Below are positions 1 to 8,783 of a stretch of DNA of 64,000 nucleotides, piece after piece. Source of the DNA: an uncultured Chloroflexia bacterium (GTDB taxonomy: Bacteria > Chloroflexota > Anaerolineae > Anaerolineales > UBA11858). A model generated the notes under the pieces. It did no database searches. It saw only the letters and a program-made list of their open reading frames with translations, and was not told where the DNA came from. The DNA lies in contig CAWGOD010000016.1 of assembly GCA_963824175.1 (NCBI GenBank), positions 43,103-107,102 of the forward strand. Direction: 5' to 3'. The translations under genes and the position numbers were made by a program. Within the stretch, counting starts at the first letter, position 1. Each line of letters opens with the position of its first letter.

Positions 1-168
1 CGTTCCCTGTTTTATTCCACTGTGCTCAAACACTGGCGTGTTAAAAAATGGTCTGGTAAAGATGCCAGGAGTTTTATTTACGAGGGCAGCAGTTTTGAAG
101 AAGCTTTTGAGGTCTTTATGGCGCATCACAAAGTAAACCCCTCTGACGTTTATGAAGGGAAGGACTAG
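1..168 (+). CDS. C-terminal fragment of a hypothetical protein (gene starts upstream of the window)
   Basis: Frame 1 is open from base 1 to TAG at 166-168 (...FIYEGSSFEEAFEVFMAHHKVNPSDVYEGKD*). No family recognised. Confidence 0.3.
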   Translation, partial: RSLFYSTVLKHWRVKKWSGKDARSFIYEGSSFEEAFEVFMAHHKVNPSDVYEGKD

Positions 169-186
169 GCTAGACTCGTTAGAAAG

Positions 187-218
187 GCGACCGAAGACGG
201 AAGACGGAGAACGGGAAA
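187..218. repeat. Tandem heptamer block (GAAGACG GAAGACG GAGAACG at 193-213) inside GCGACCGA...ACGGGAAA; left arm of an imperfect inverted repeat with 1046-1073
   Basis: Direct reading. The reverse complement of 1046-1073 is GCGACCGACGGGGACGGAAGACGGGAAA, sharing both ends and the GACGGAAGACGG core. Confidence 0.6.
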
Positions 219-273
219 AAGAAACTCGCTTAACGGTAAGAATTTATCCATCAAACCAGAAAAGGATCTTAGC

Positions 274-699
274 ATGACAGACGAATACAAGATTGTTTAT
301 GAAGAAAAACCTGAAGACAGCGCCTGGGGCGTCGTTGGACATGGAGTATCCAGCTACAATAAAAAACAAGCCGGGGATAACAAATTCCAGCGTTTATGTT
401 TTGTGCTCAAGGATTCTAGCGAGGAAGTTTTGGCCGGAGTGATCGCCGAAGTCTACTGGGATTGGCTGTATATTGACCTGCTGTGGGTCAAGGAAGAACT
501 GCGCAACCAGGGGTACGGAAAAAGCCTGATGTCCCGAACCGAAGAAGAAGCACGGCAGCTGGGCGCAAAAAACGCCTACCTGGACACTTTCAGTTTCCAG
601 GCCCCTGGGTTCTACGAAAACCTGGGATATAAATCCTTTGGCGAACTGCCGGACTTCCCTGAAGGCCAACAAAGATACTTTATGAAAAAACAACTCTAA
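274..699 (+). CDS. GNAT family N-acetyltransferase
   Basis: Intact 141-aa ORF. The acetyl-CoA binding segment LWVKEELRNQGYGKSLM (Q/R-x-x-G-x-G/A) and the overall size are typical of the GNAT fold. Confidence 0.85.
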   Translation: MTDEYKIVYEEKPEDSAWGVVGHGVSSYNKKQAGDNKFQRLCFVLKDSSEEVLAGVIAEVYWDWLYIDLLWVKEELRNQGYGKSLMSRTEEEARQLGAKNAYLDTFSFQAPGFYENLGYKSFGELPDFPEGQQRYFMKKQL

Positions 700-887
700 T
701 ACATTTATGGCTTGATACGCAAACAAGAAACTTTTCGATAAGATCCAAACCTACTGGCCAGGGGTTAATAAACAGGAAATGATCGAAAAGTTCTGGCCTG
801 GGCTGAATACTTAGAAGAGCTAAAATTTGGATTTATCGAGCGGACACCGAGGACCAAGAACAGATATTATTTCCGGGCGCTCCGGAT

Positions 888-1038
888 TGTCATTCTGACA
901 TTGAGCACGGCAAAATGGAAGAATCCATATTGAGAGTAGCTATAAGGATAGACTGTGTTGGAAAGGATGTTGGTCTGGGGGATATTGGTTATGAATATGG
1001 ATCCTTCCTCGTCTCTTCGTTCAGAGTCAGGATGACAG
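888..1038. repeat. Miniature nested inverted-repeat element (outer TGTCATTCTGAC / GTCAGGATGACA, inner GGAAGAATCCATATT / AATATGGATCCTTCC)
   Basis: The outer arms at 888-900 and 1026-1038 match 11/12 as reverse complements. The inner arms are at 917-931 and 993-1008. Architecture is the same as the element at 3408-3502. Track ORF 915-1169 is a translation artefact of this repeat. Confidence 0.6.
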
Positions 1039-1045
1039 ATCACAG

Positions 1046-1073
1046 TTTCCCGTCTTCCGTCCCCGTCGGTCGC
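1046..1073. repeat. Inverted copy of the GACGGAAGACGG heptamer block (right arm of the IR pairing with 187-218)
   Basis: TTTCCCGTCTTCCGTCCCCGTCGGTCGC is the reverse complement of a sequence closely matching 187-218. Confidence 0.55.
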
Positions 1074-1176
1074 GCATCGACCCTCCTGAGCGGAGCGAGA
1101 TTATTTTCTCACGCAGTCGAAGGGGCTCGTCCCCGTTCCCCATCCCCGGTCATCTGTCCTCATTTATAATTAACAT

Positions 1177-1996
1177 ATGCCTTTCCAATTAATAACCCCT
1201 GAGCACTTAGATGAAATCAAAGCTCTTGTGGATAACATACCAACCACAAAGATCTCTGATATCTCGTCGGATCTTGCCGCGCTTGTCAATCAGATTCGCG
1301 CCGACATCCCCGAAAAACGGCGCATCTCCACCGGTCGCTACAGCATCGTAAAAGCCCTGGGGGAAGCGCTTCTCCCCTGCTGAATGAGCCATTTGGATTT
1401 GGCCTTTCTCTCTTCGAAAATCCCGGGGATCCCTTTGTGCGCAGCCTGGGACTGCAGCTGCTTTCCTTGTGGTCTGTTGATAATGGCAGCTTGGACCCCG
1501 TGAAGGAATTTTTCGAAGCAGGGGCAGCTGAGAAGGACGACTGGATCGTCCGCGAGTGTGCGTCTGGTCTGGTCCGCAAGCTGACCAAAGCCTTCCCAGA
1601 AGAAGTCCGTAGCTGGTACCTGGAGTTGGTTGAGTCCCCAGATCCCAACCAGAGACGCTTTGTGAGTGAAAGCCTCCGGCCGGTGGTCGAGAACCGCTGG
1701 TTCCACAAACAACCCGAATATGCCCTGGGAGTGATTCGGTATTTATTTAAAAATCTGCCCTCTATCCCCGGACATCGGTGGGCAACAGTCTGAGCGATTG
1801 GATGCGAGTAAATGAGGAAATCGCCTGGCCAATCGTGAGTGAATTGGCAAAAAATGGGGATAAGAATTCTTACTGGATCGCCTATCGGGCCTGCCGCAAT
1901 CTGGTTAAAAAAGAACCTGTTCAGGTGATGGAAACCCTCGCTGTCGCTGAGTATAAATATAAAACTCGGTTTTATCAGCTTGCGGACTATCAATAA
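1177..1996 (+). pseudogene. DNA alkylation repair protein (AlkD-like HEAT-repeat, DNA_alkylation family), disrupted by two -1 shifts
   Basis: Three fragments (1177-1383, 1437-1793, 1778-1996) lie in three different frames and concatenate into one protein, including ...YPRTSVGNSLSDW.... The junctions fall at the C-run 1374-1377 and the A-run 1749-1753, which look like homopolymer contractions. Confidence 0.7.
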
Positions 1997-2106
1997 AGGA
2001 AAAGCAGGCTCAGGGATCCGATCAATTCTCCCGGCTTATAAACCATTAATTATTGGAATTACATTTATAGTAAAATCACGATAAATCAATCACTGGTGGT
2101 GTATTC

Positions 2107-2690
2107 ATGAATTTATTAGGAAGAATAACTCGAAAACTTAATGCTCTTTCCTCTCGGCCAGGCGCTGAATTCCCCACCAGCCGCAATATCACCATCGGCC
2201 GGGGGACCTACTATAACCGCGACTGCACCTTTGTCGCCCGGGATGGGGGACGGATCGAAATTGGCAACTACTGCTCGATCGCCCAGGGTGTATTCATAAT
2301 CAATGTCAACCACGATTTTGAAAGAGTATCTACCTACCCCTTTTTCACCCGTCAGGGAACGGTGGGCAAGCCCAATCAGCGAGACCTACAAGTCGGGAAT
2401 GTTCTAATAGGCAATGACGTCTGGATCGGTGCTAACGCTATAATCCTGAAAGATGTCAGCATTAGCGATGGCGCAGTCATTGGCGCAGGGGCAGTTGTCA
2501 CCAAACCGGTCCCTCCCTATGCCATCGTGGGTGGGAATCCTGCCGCTATCATTAAATACCGCTTTCCAGAGAAACAGATTTTAATTCACTCCAGAATATC
2601 CGCTGGTGGGATTGGTCTGAGGAACAGATCCGTGAACGCGTGGAAGATTTTTATCTCCCGATCAATGAATTTATAAACAAGTACCAATAA
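2107..2690 (+). CDS. Hexapeptide-repeat acetyltransferase of the Vat/xenobiotic acetyltransferase type, frame-disrupted near 2578
   Basis: Left-handed beta-helix repeats ([31 protein letters not shown]) and [12 protein letters not shown] are present. The family-typical tail [25 protein letters not shown]...KYQ* is only readable in the -1 frame after the T-run at about 2577-2581, which puts the real stop at 2688-2690. Confidence 0.75.
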
Positions 2691-2722
2691 TTCAGATCTA
2701 TCACCGACGGAATAGGCAAAAG

Positions 2723-3399
2723 ATGAGTAAAGATCGCTGGACCAACATTGATGAAAAATATTTAGATCTGATCGTAAAGCCAGATCCCAGATTTGAGAAG
2801 GTCCAGCAAGCTTGCGCCAAAGCAGGTTTGCCAACTATCAGTATATCTAACACTCACGGACGGCTATTTGAACTCCTGGTCAAAGTGATGGGCGCAAAAC
2901 GGGTCCTGGAGATCGGCACACTGGGAGGATTCAGCACCGCCTGGTTTGCCAATGGTCTCCCTTTTGGCGGCAAGCTGATCAGCCTGGAACTTGATCCAGA
3001 AAGGGCAACATTAGCCCGCCAGAATTTGAATATGTTTGAATTTAAAGCCAAAGTGGAGATCTGGGTTGGGGACGCTTTACATAATATGACTGAAATGACC
3101 AAAATAGACCAACCACCCTTTGATCTGATCTTCATCGATGGAGAAAAATCCCAGTATCCGGATTATCTGGACCTGGCTATCCAGCTTTCCCACCCCGGGA
3201 CCCTGATCATCGCCGACAATGTGGTCAAACACGGCTGGTGTGATAAATGAAGAAATAACAACAGACAGCCAGAAAGGGATCACAAAATTCCACAGAAATG
3301 GTTGCTGACGATCCCCGCCTGCAGGCCACAGTCCTGCAAACCGTGGGAGAAAAAGGCCATGACGGATTTTCGTTTATTTTGGTTAAACAGGAAGATTAA
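2723..3399 (+). pseudogene. Class I SAM-dependent O-methyltransferase (caffeoyl-CoA O-methyltransferase-like), two +1 shifts near the 3' end
   Basis: Contains VLEIGTLGGFS (SAM motif I) and DLIFIDGEKSQY. After about 3245 and about 3298 the conserved C-terminus (NEEITTDSQKGITKFH / MVADDPRLQATVLQTVGEKGHDGFSFILVKQED*) continues in the other two frames. Confidence 0.75.
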
Positions 3400-3407
3400 A
3401 AAGCAAA

Positions 3408-3502
3408 CTGTCATTGCGAGGAAGGTGTTTACACCTGACGAAGCAATCCCCCCATATATCAGGAGATTGCTTCGTCGGACTTTGTCCTCCTCGCAATGAC
3501 AG
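3408..3502. repeat. Miniature nested inverted-repeat element (outer CTGTCATTGCGAGGA / TCCTCGCAATGACAG, inner GACGAAGCAATC / GATTGCTTCGTC)
   Basis: The outer arms are 3408-3422 and 3488-3502. The inner arms at 3437-3448 and 3465-3476 form a perfect 12-bp repeat. Track ORF 3302-3499 is an artefact spanning it. Confidence 0.75.
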
Positions 3503-3533
3503 ACCTCAGGGATTTGGATATCTGGGAATTAAA

Positions 3534-3574
3534 CCGACTTACTATTTACCCTTACTAGATACTGATCACTGATC
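3534..3574. repeat. Short intergenic motif CCGACTTACTATTT plus CTTACTA and tandem ACTGATC ACTGATC heptamers
   Basis: Direct reading. The motif YCRACTTACTAYTT recurs at 13219, 42104 and 42311. Confidence 0.5.
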
Positions 3575-5450
3575 ACTTCAGCCTTCTTACATCCCCTTCC
3601 CGAACCGTAACACCTTCAGCATCCAACCCTTCCAAAAAGGCCAGCATGTATTTCCGGCTGCTGCCAAACATATCCCTGGTCTGGGCTACTGTGATTGGGC
3701 CATCTTTAGCAATCTTCTTCTTCAGCTTCTCCACCATCGATTGATAAGCGTCCGGGGTGAATACCACCTCAGTGGAAAGTTGTTTGAGTTCATTCAAGGC
3801 GATCAGGGCGTTATATAGGTCCTCGCCAATGGCATCTTTGGATTCTGCCACAGACGGTGGTTGGGTTGGATCGGCAGCGAATTGATCCAGCAGGCCTTTA
3901 GTCAGTTTTTTCTGCTCAGCCGAAAGTCTAATTTCAAAATCCAATTTCCTGATGTTAGGACCAGTCTGTATTACATTCCCGGCTGTTATTAACCCCTCAA
4001 CAGCCACTTTAAAGACATTTTCCGCCAGTTTGGATTGGCTTTTGAGTTCTTCCAGAGCCATTCCAACTTTCATGGGATATTTCTGATGATAATCTTCGAT
4101 CCGGGAATCCAGTCCTGACAGGGTGCTTTCCCAGGTACTTTTAAGAGTAAGGAACTTTTTGCTTTTCTTTCCTAATTCCAGAGCAATGTCATCCTCGATC
4201 AGCTGATCCAGGATTTCTCTCGCTGATCCCTCATCCAATCCGGATATTTCCAGGATCTGCTTCCAGGGAGAGAATCTATCTCTCGCAAGGGCCTGTATCA
4301 GTACATCCGCCGGATCACCATCTGAGATGGATTCCAGCCTGTCGAGTGTTTCCTTATCAAACCGTTTATGCCGGTAGGGAGGATAGGGGTCGATCACAAC
4401 TCCCCCTCCCAGGGTTTCGGATGGCGAAGGCCTTCTCAGGATATACCTGTCACCCCTGACTGCGACCACTGGATCATCGACTTCAAGCTGCAGCAGCGCA
4501 TTTTCACCAGGTTTTAACTGCTCTACACCTAATAGCCTCACCCTGGCCCGGGTCTCATCCGCTCCCAGAAAAAGTTTGGTTTCCAGATCGTGCCGGAGAG
4601 GTTTATCGATGCCCGGCAGGAACTTAAAGCTGACATCCAAACGGCGGGTTGGTTGATATTCCCCTGGATGAGTGAGGGTATCCCCTCTTTTGATCTCGTT
4701 ATTTTCAATTCCTGAGATATTCACTGCAACCCGGTTTCCGGGACCGATCATCTTTACTTCCTGGCTGTGATTTTGCAGCCCCCTGATTCGGCCAGATTTC
4801 TTCTCCGGCAGCAATTCTACTTCTTCACCAACCTGGAGTGATCCATCCAGAAGGGTTCCGGTTACAACCGATCCGAACCCTGACATTAAAAAGACCCGAT
4901 CGACAGATAAGCGGGGCCTGCCCAAATCCGGGCGTTCCGGTTGATCTTCCAATATAGTACTCAGGGTATTTAACAGATCATCAATTCCAGATTTGGTTTT
5001 GGCTGATACCCGAACAATAGGAGCATCTTTCAGCACTGTGGTGGAAATCAATTCACTGATCTCCACTTCAACCAGATCAAGCCAATCCGGATCATCTACC
5101 AGGTCGGTTTTTGTGAGGGCAACCAATCCCTTCTTAACTTCCAGCAGATCCAGGATATCCAGATGTTCCCTGGTCTGGGGCATCACACCCTCATCAGCTG
5201 CGATCACCAGCAGGCAAGCATCAATGCTGCCAATCCCGGATAACATATTTTCAATGAAATCCCGATGGCCTGGCACATCCACAACGCTGATGCCCTTGCC
5301 ATCCGGCAGTTGGAAACTATCAAAACCCAGGACAATGCTCATCTCCCGCTCACGCTCTTCCGCCAGACGGTCAGGATGGGTCCCGGTGATAGCTTCTATC
5401 AGGGTGGATTTTCCGTGGTCTACATGACCTGCTGTGCCAATGATGTACAT
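3573..5450 (-). CDS. selB: Selenocysteine-specific translation elongation factor SelB
   Basis: 625 aa. GTPase motifs AGHVDHGKST, DVPGH and TKTD are present, and a long C-terminal winged-helix extension is typical of bacterial SelB. Confidence 0.9.
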   Translation of the reverse strand: MYIIGTAGHVDHGKSTLIEAITGTHPDRLAEEREREMSIVLGFDSFQLPDGKGISVVDVPGHRDFIENMLSGIGSIDACLLVIAADEGVMPQTREHLDILDLLEVKKGLVALTKTDLVDDPDWLDLVEVEISELISTTVLKDAPIVRVSAKTKSGIDDLLNTLSTILEDQPERPDLGRPRLSVDRVFLMSGFGSVVTGTLLDGSLQVGEEVELLPEKKSGRIRGLQNHSQEVKMIGPGNRVAVNISGIENNEIKRGDTLTHPGEYQPTRRLDVSFKFLPGIDKPLRHDLETKLFLGADETRARVRLLGVEQLKPGENALLQLEVDDPVVAVRGDRYILRRPSPSETLGGGVVIDPYPPYRHKRFDKETLDRLESISDGDPADVLIQALARDRFSPWKQILEISGLDEGSAREILDQLIEDDIALELGKKSKKFLTLKSTWESTLSGLDSRIEDYHQKYPMKVGMALEELKSQSKLAENVFKVAVEGLITAGNVIQTGPNIRKLDFEIRLSAEQKKLTKGLLDQFAADPTQPPSVAESKDAIGEDLYNALIALNELKQLSTEVVFTPDAYQSMVEKLKKKIAKDGPITVAQTRDMFGSSRKYMLAFLEGLDAEGVTVREGDVRRLK

Positions 5451-5515
5451 AATAATTTAATAAGGGATTGAATCCTTCCAATGAAAGGGACGAGTCTTCA
5501 AATCCCTGGAAATTT

Positions 5516-6693
5516 CTATCGAAAACCATCCATGATCTGCTCGAAATCGCCTGCCCAATCGCGCATCAGACTCAACAGACTCTGCAGCTGGTTCTCGGTA
5601 TATTTATTGATCTGCGCCATCTGATCTTCAATTTCTTGCATTCCATCTTCCAATACAGAAATGCGGTCTTCGTCTTCTTGATACTGGCGTCCAAGAAGCT
5701 TGGATTGTTCTTTTTGGGACATTGTGTAGTTTGTCCAGCGTTTCTGGTCATCAGCTTGAAAGTGGTCCATTCCGCCCTAAATTTCTCATCCGCCAATCGC
5801 TGCATTTCAGTGATCTCATTCACTCTTCGATCCAACAGGGAGGATAGATCCTTCAACTCATCCTGCATTCGTTTGATCCCCCGGTGAGTAGTATCCAATT
5901 TTGTCATCTGCTCATCCAGATCCTGAGCTTGCTTTTCAACGCTATCGAATTGGGCCATCCAGTTTTTCCAGGTCGTTTCACGTTCGGTCGATTTCAGGTT
6001 AGCCTGTTCAAGGAATGTCTCCTGATCTTTCTTAAGATCCCGGCGGGTTGATTCCACCTCCTGGATCCTGCTCTTGATCTTCTGATTATCACTGCTTACT
6101 AGATCTAGCAATCCCCTAACCTCATCTACTCGTTTACGCAGGGCTGACTGTTCTGCCTGCATATCCGCAACTCGCTTGATTTCCTTCTCACGCTCCAGTT
6201 TGGCTGCCTTTATATCACGCTGATATTCCTTATTGTCCTTCTTGATATCATCATAAGAATTTTCCATTTCGCGCAAGGAAGCATTAAACCGGTTCTCTTC
6301 TTCTACCCGGGTGTTCATGTCATTTTCCAGGATTTTAATTTTTTTATTCTCTTCCAGCAGTTTCTTTTGTTGAGTTTCAAGCCCTCGCAATTGAGTCCGG
6401 AGATCTTTCTTTGCATCAGCAATCCAGGATTTCGTCATTTTTTCATGGTCTTTTAATTCTTTCTTCCTGTCCAACCTGAAAACACCAAGATCTGTCTCAA
6501 AGTCATCCACACGGGTAACCGAGGTCCTCAACCGGGTTAGATCACTGTCGTATTCCCGGGTTTTCGTGTTAACAGCGTTCAGTTTTTCTTCTAGTTTCAG
6601 CAGCCGATTTTCCAGTTCAGAGATGATCGTTTTATCTTTTCTTCTTTCATCATCCAGCCATTTGATGCGCTTTTCCAATTGTTCATTATCCAT
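5516..6693 (-). CDS. About 392-aa coiled-coil protein of unknown function, frame-disrupted near 5760
   Basis: The sequence is almost entirely heptad-like and K/E/R/D/L/Q-rich. The last roughly 75 aa (…DDQKRWTNYTMSQKEQSKLL…DWAGDFEQIMDGFR*) are in the frame of track ORF 5516-5770. Confidence 0.6.
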
Positions 6694-6732
6694 GAATGAT
6701 TCTCCTCAAGACGGAATATTTAAGGCATTGAG

Positions 6733-6741
6733 ATTATAGCA
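6733..6741 (-). promoter_or_regulatory. Candidate extended -10 promoter (TGCTATAAT) for the coiled-coil gene / selB
   Basis: The reverse complement of 6733-6741 reads TGCTATAAT, about 40 nt upstream of the GAGGAG RBS and the ATG at 6693. No good -35 element. Confidence 0.35.
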
Positions 6742-6793
6742 TGCTAGACCTTTGAATTTTTATTGGAAATCCGGAGGTGGAGGGCTTTTTTCC

Positions 6794-8185
6794 TCAGGAT
6801 CCCAGCAGCAGATCAGAGATAGAACGCGTCACACTGAATAACCACTGGGGAAGGAATCCGATCAATATCAAAAGGAAATTTAAACCCAGGATCAAGTACC
6901 GATAAAAAGGCTCTCCCAGGATCAAGATCGATTCCTCGCCCGTATTTTTTGTTAATGCTCCCAGCAAACGCAGCCCGCCGAATACCAATCCCAGCGTGCT
7001 GAGTACAAATATTATATTGATCCAAAGAGGATAAAAGCTGAGGCCCGAACCCAAAGCCCAATAGATAGGGAATCCGCCCAGTAATGGTACTCCAGCCAGC
7101 GCAAAATACCCCAGCAGCAGTCCTGATGAAATCACTGGCCATAATCTGGCAGCTCCGGAGACTGATTGAAAATCAAGGTCATAAATACCTTGCTGTAATT
7201 GGGTCAGGGAAATTGACCAGACTCCCAGGGAAATACTCTGGAGGATCACCATCCCAAAATAGATTGGAAAGCCAGCCTGGAAGAGGCTGATAGCCAGTAA
7301 GGACCGGCCAATTTCCGCAATGATCACCGCTCCCATTAATCTTCCCAGGTGTTTAGAGAAGATGGCCATAAAACCACCAAATCCCAGCATGATCACACCA
7401 GCAAGCTGGAGAGGAACCTGGATGTTTACCCCTTGCCCGATCCAACCACCCTCCAGGATAAACCGTGTACCAAATAGGAACACTCCAAGGAAGTATGAAT
7501 TAAAGATGAAACCTGACAAAAATGGGTGGTTCCTCTCCCCGACCATCGATATCCAACTTATGAATGGAAAAATGGATAACAAAAAGGAAAAACCCAGAGC
7601 CAGGATCAACAGTGAGCGGGCTAACATCACTTGATTTCCTCTGTTTAGGTCTATCCAGCTGGCGAGCCAGGCCGCGAAAAGAATGAATAACATCCCCAGG
7701 ATCTGGAATATTAAAAATCGCAAAACTCCAGGCGTGGGTTCTTTCCCAGGAGGAGACAACAAGACCACATAGATCAAAGCCAGGAAAGCGAAAAACAGGG
7801 CTCCATAAAAGATTGGCTCAACTGAGTAAGCAGTGAGTATGAAACATATTCCGGCCAGGCTGAGGGGTATGAACTGCGGCGGGACCAGCTTGGGATCCAT
7901 GATCAATATCCAGAATAGCCACAGGGAAAATAGCAGAATGACTATCGGACGATCTCCCCCTGAGAGGATGAAACGCCTGCCGAAAATTAACAGCTGATCG
8001 GAAAATTCCACCTCCCAGAACAGGAATTTAAATGCTTCATTAATTGGCAAGGCAATCGCTGAGGTAACCAATACAAGGCCGAAACCCAAACCACTCCATC
8101 TCAGGAGATTTTTATACCGAAAGAAAAACATCGCTGATCCTGCTGCCAGAAGAGGCATAAGGATCCATAAAATCGGCGTGCTCAC
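6794..8185 (-). CDS. Polytopic membrane protein, weakly NuoN/MnhD (antiporter-like) in pattern
   Basis: 463 aa, roughly 12-14 hydrophobic helices, and only a faint Proton_antipo_M-like segment (FPFISWISMVGERNHPFLSGF). The GTG start overlaps the upstream stop (GTGA at 8182-8185). Confidence 0.6.
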   Translation of the reverse strand: MSTPILWILMPLLAAGSAMFFFRYKNLLRWSGLGFGLVLVTSAIALPINEAFKFLFWEVEFSDQLLIFGRRFILSGGDRPIVILLFSLWLFWILIMDPKLVPPQFIPLSLAGICFILTAYSVEPIFYGALFFAFLALIYVVLLSPPGKEPTPGVLRFLIFQILGMLFILFAAWLASWIDLNRGNQVMLARSLLILALGFSFLLSIFPFISWISMVGERNHPFLSGFIFNSYFLGVFLFGTRFILEGGWIGQGVNIQVPLQLAGVIMLGFGGFMAIFSKHLGRLMGAVIIAEIGRSLLAISLFQAGFPIYFGMVILQSISLGVWSISLTQLQQGIYDLDFQSVSGAARLWPVISSGLLLGYFALAGVPLLGGFPIYWALGSGLSFYPLWINIIFVLSTLGLVFGGLRLLGALTKNTGEESILILGEPFYRYLILGLNFLLILIGFLPQWLFSVTRSISDLLLGS

Positions 8186-8778
8186 GGGCTTTCCTCCAAA
8201 TTGGATGCCATTAATAAATAGGACCCCAAGAATGCAAAACCGATATTCAGGATAGCCAGCAGTCCTGTCATTAACACAGACGCTTCCAGGGTTGCGTACA
8301 GGATCTCAAATCCTGAGATCACAGTCAATAAACCGATAATGACACGAAGGCTATCCCGGGTCAATACCAGCTGCAGCAGTCCTAAACCAAGGAGCCATAA
8401 TCCTCCCAATACTTGCTGATGAGTCGCACCCAGAAACCAGCGTAGAGCGGTCGGAACCAGGGAATATACAGAGATACCGATCAATAAGGCCGTAAATCCC
8501 CTAAAAGAAGTCACAGGAAGATTTGAATCTATTCGGCCTTCGCTAGTCGGTCCAGGCAAATTCTGGTAAGTTAGGAACAGAACAGCTGAAGCCATCCAGC
8601 CGGCAACCAGTTTCACTACAGCGATCTCCAATGGCCAGCTAACACTGACTAACAGGAAGACTCCGATATACTGCAGAGCCAGCAATCCTGTCATTAACCG
8701 TCTGCTGGGTACGATCAGAATCCCAGCCCCGCAGATGAATAAGAGTGCAACCAGAAGAGACTGTAAAATTTCAGACAT
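8182..8778 (-). CDS. Membrane protein resembling a tandem duplication of a NuoK/MnhC-like 3-helix unit
   Basis: 198 aa in two halves, each carrying an R-R/D-x-L...(I/L)GL/ALQ...-type motif (SRRLMTGLLALQYIGVFLL; TRDSLRVIIGLLTVISGFEIL). This is reminiscent of the NuoK motif RRNLLxMLIGLEIM. Confidence 0.55.
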   Translation of the reverse strand: MSEILQSLLVALLFICGAGILIVPSRRLMTGLLALQYIGVFLLVSVSWPLEIAVVKLVAGWMASAVLFLTYQNLPGPTSEGRIDSNLPVTSFRGFTALLIGISVYSLVPTALRWFLGATHQQVLGGLWLLGLGLLQLVLTRDSLRVIIGLLTVISGFEILYATLEASVLMTGLLAILNIGFAFLGSYLLMASNLEESP

Positions 8779-8783
8779 CTATA

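Noticed and set aside
700-887. Possible gene remnant between the GNAT gene and the nested-IR element (for example ...ELKFGFIERTPRTKNRYYFRAL...).
   Set aside because: The open stretches are short in every frame and contain no recognisable motif. There is not enough evidence to call a pseudogene.
1286-1993. 235-aa and 124-aa minus-strand ORFs across the alkylation-repair locus.
   Set aside because: These are antisense to a recognisable (though frameshifted) plus-strand gene, and their sequence is R/S/G-rich nonsense.
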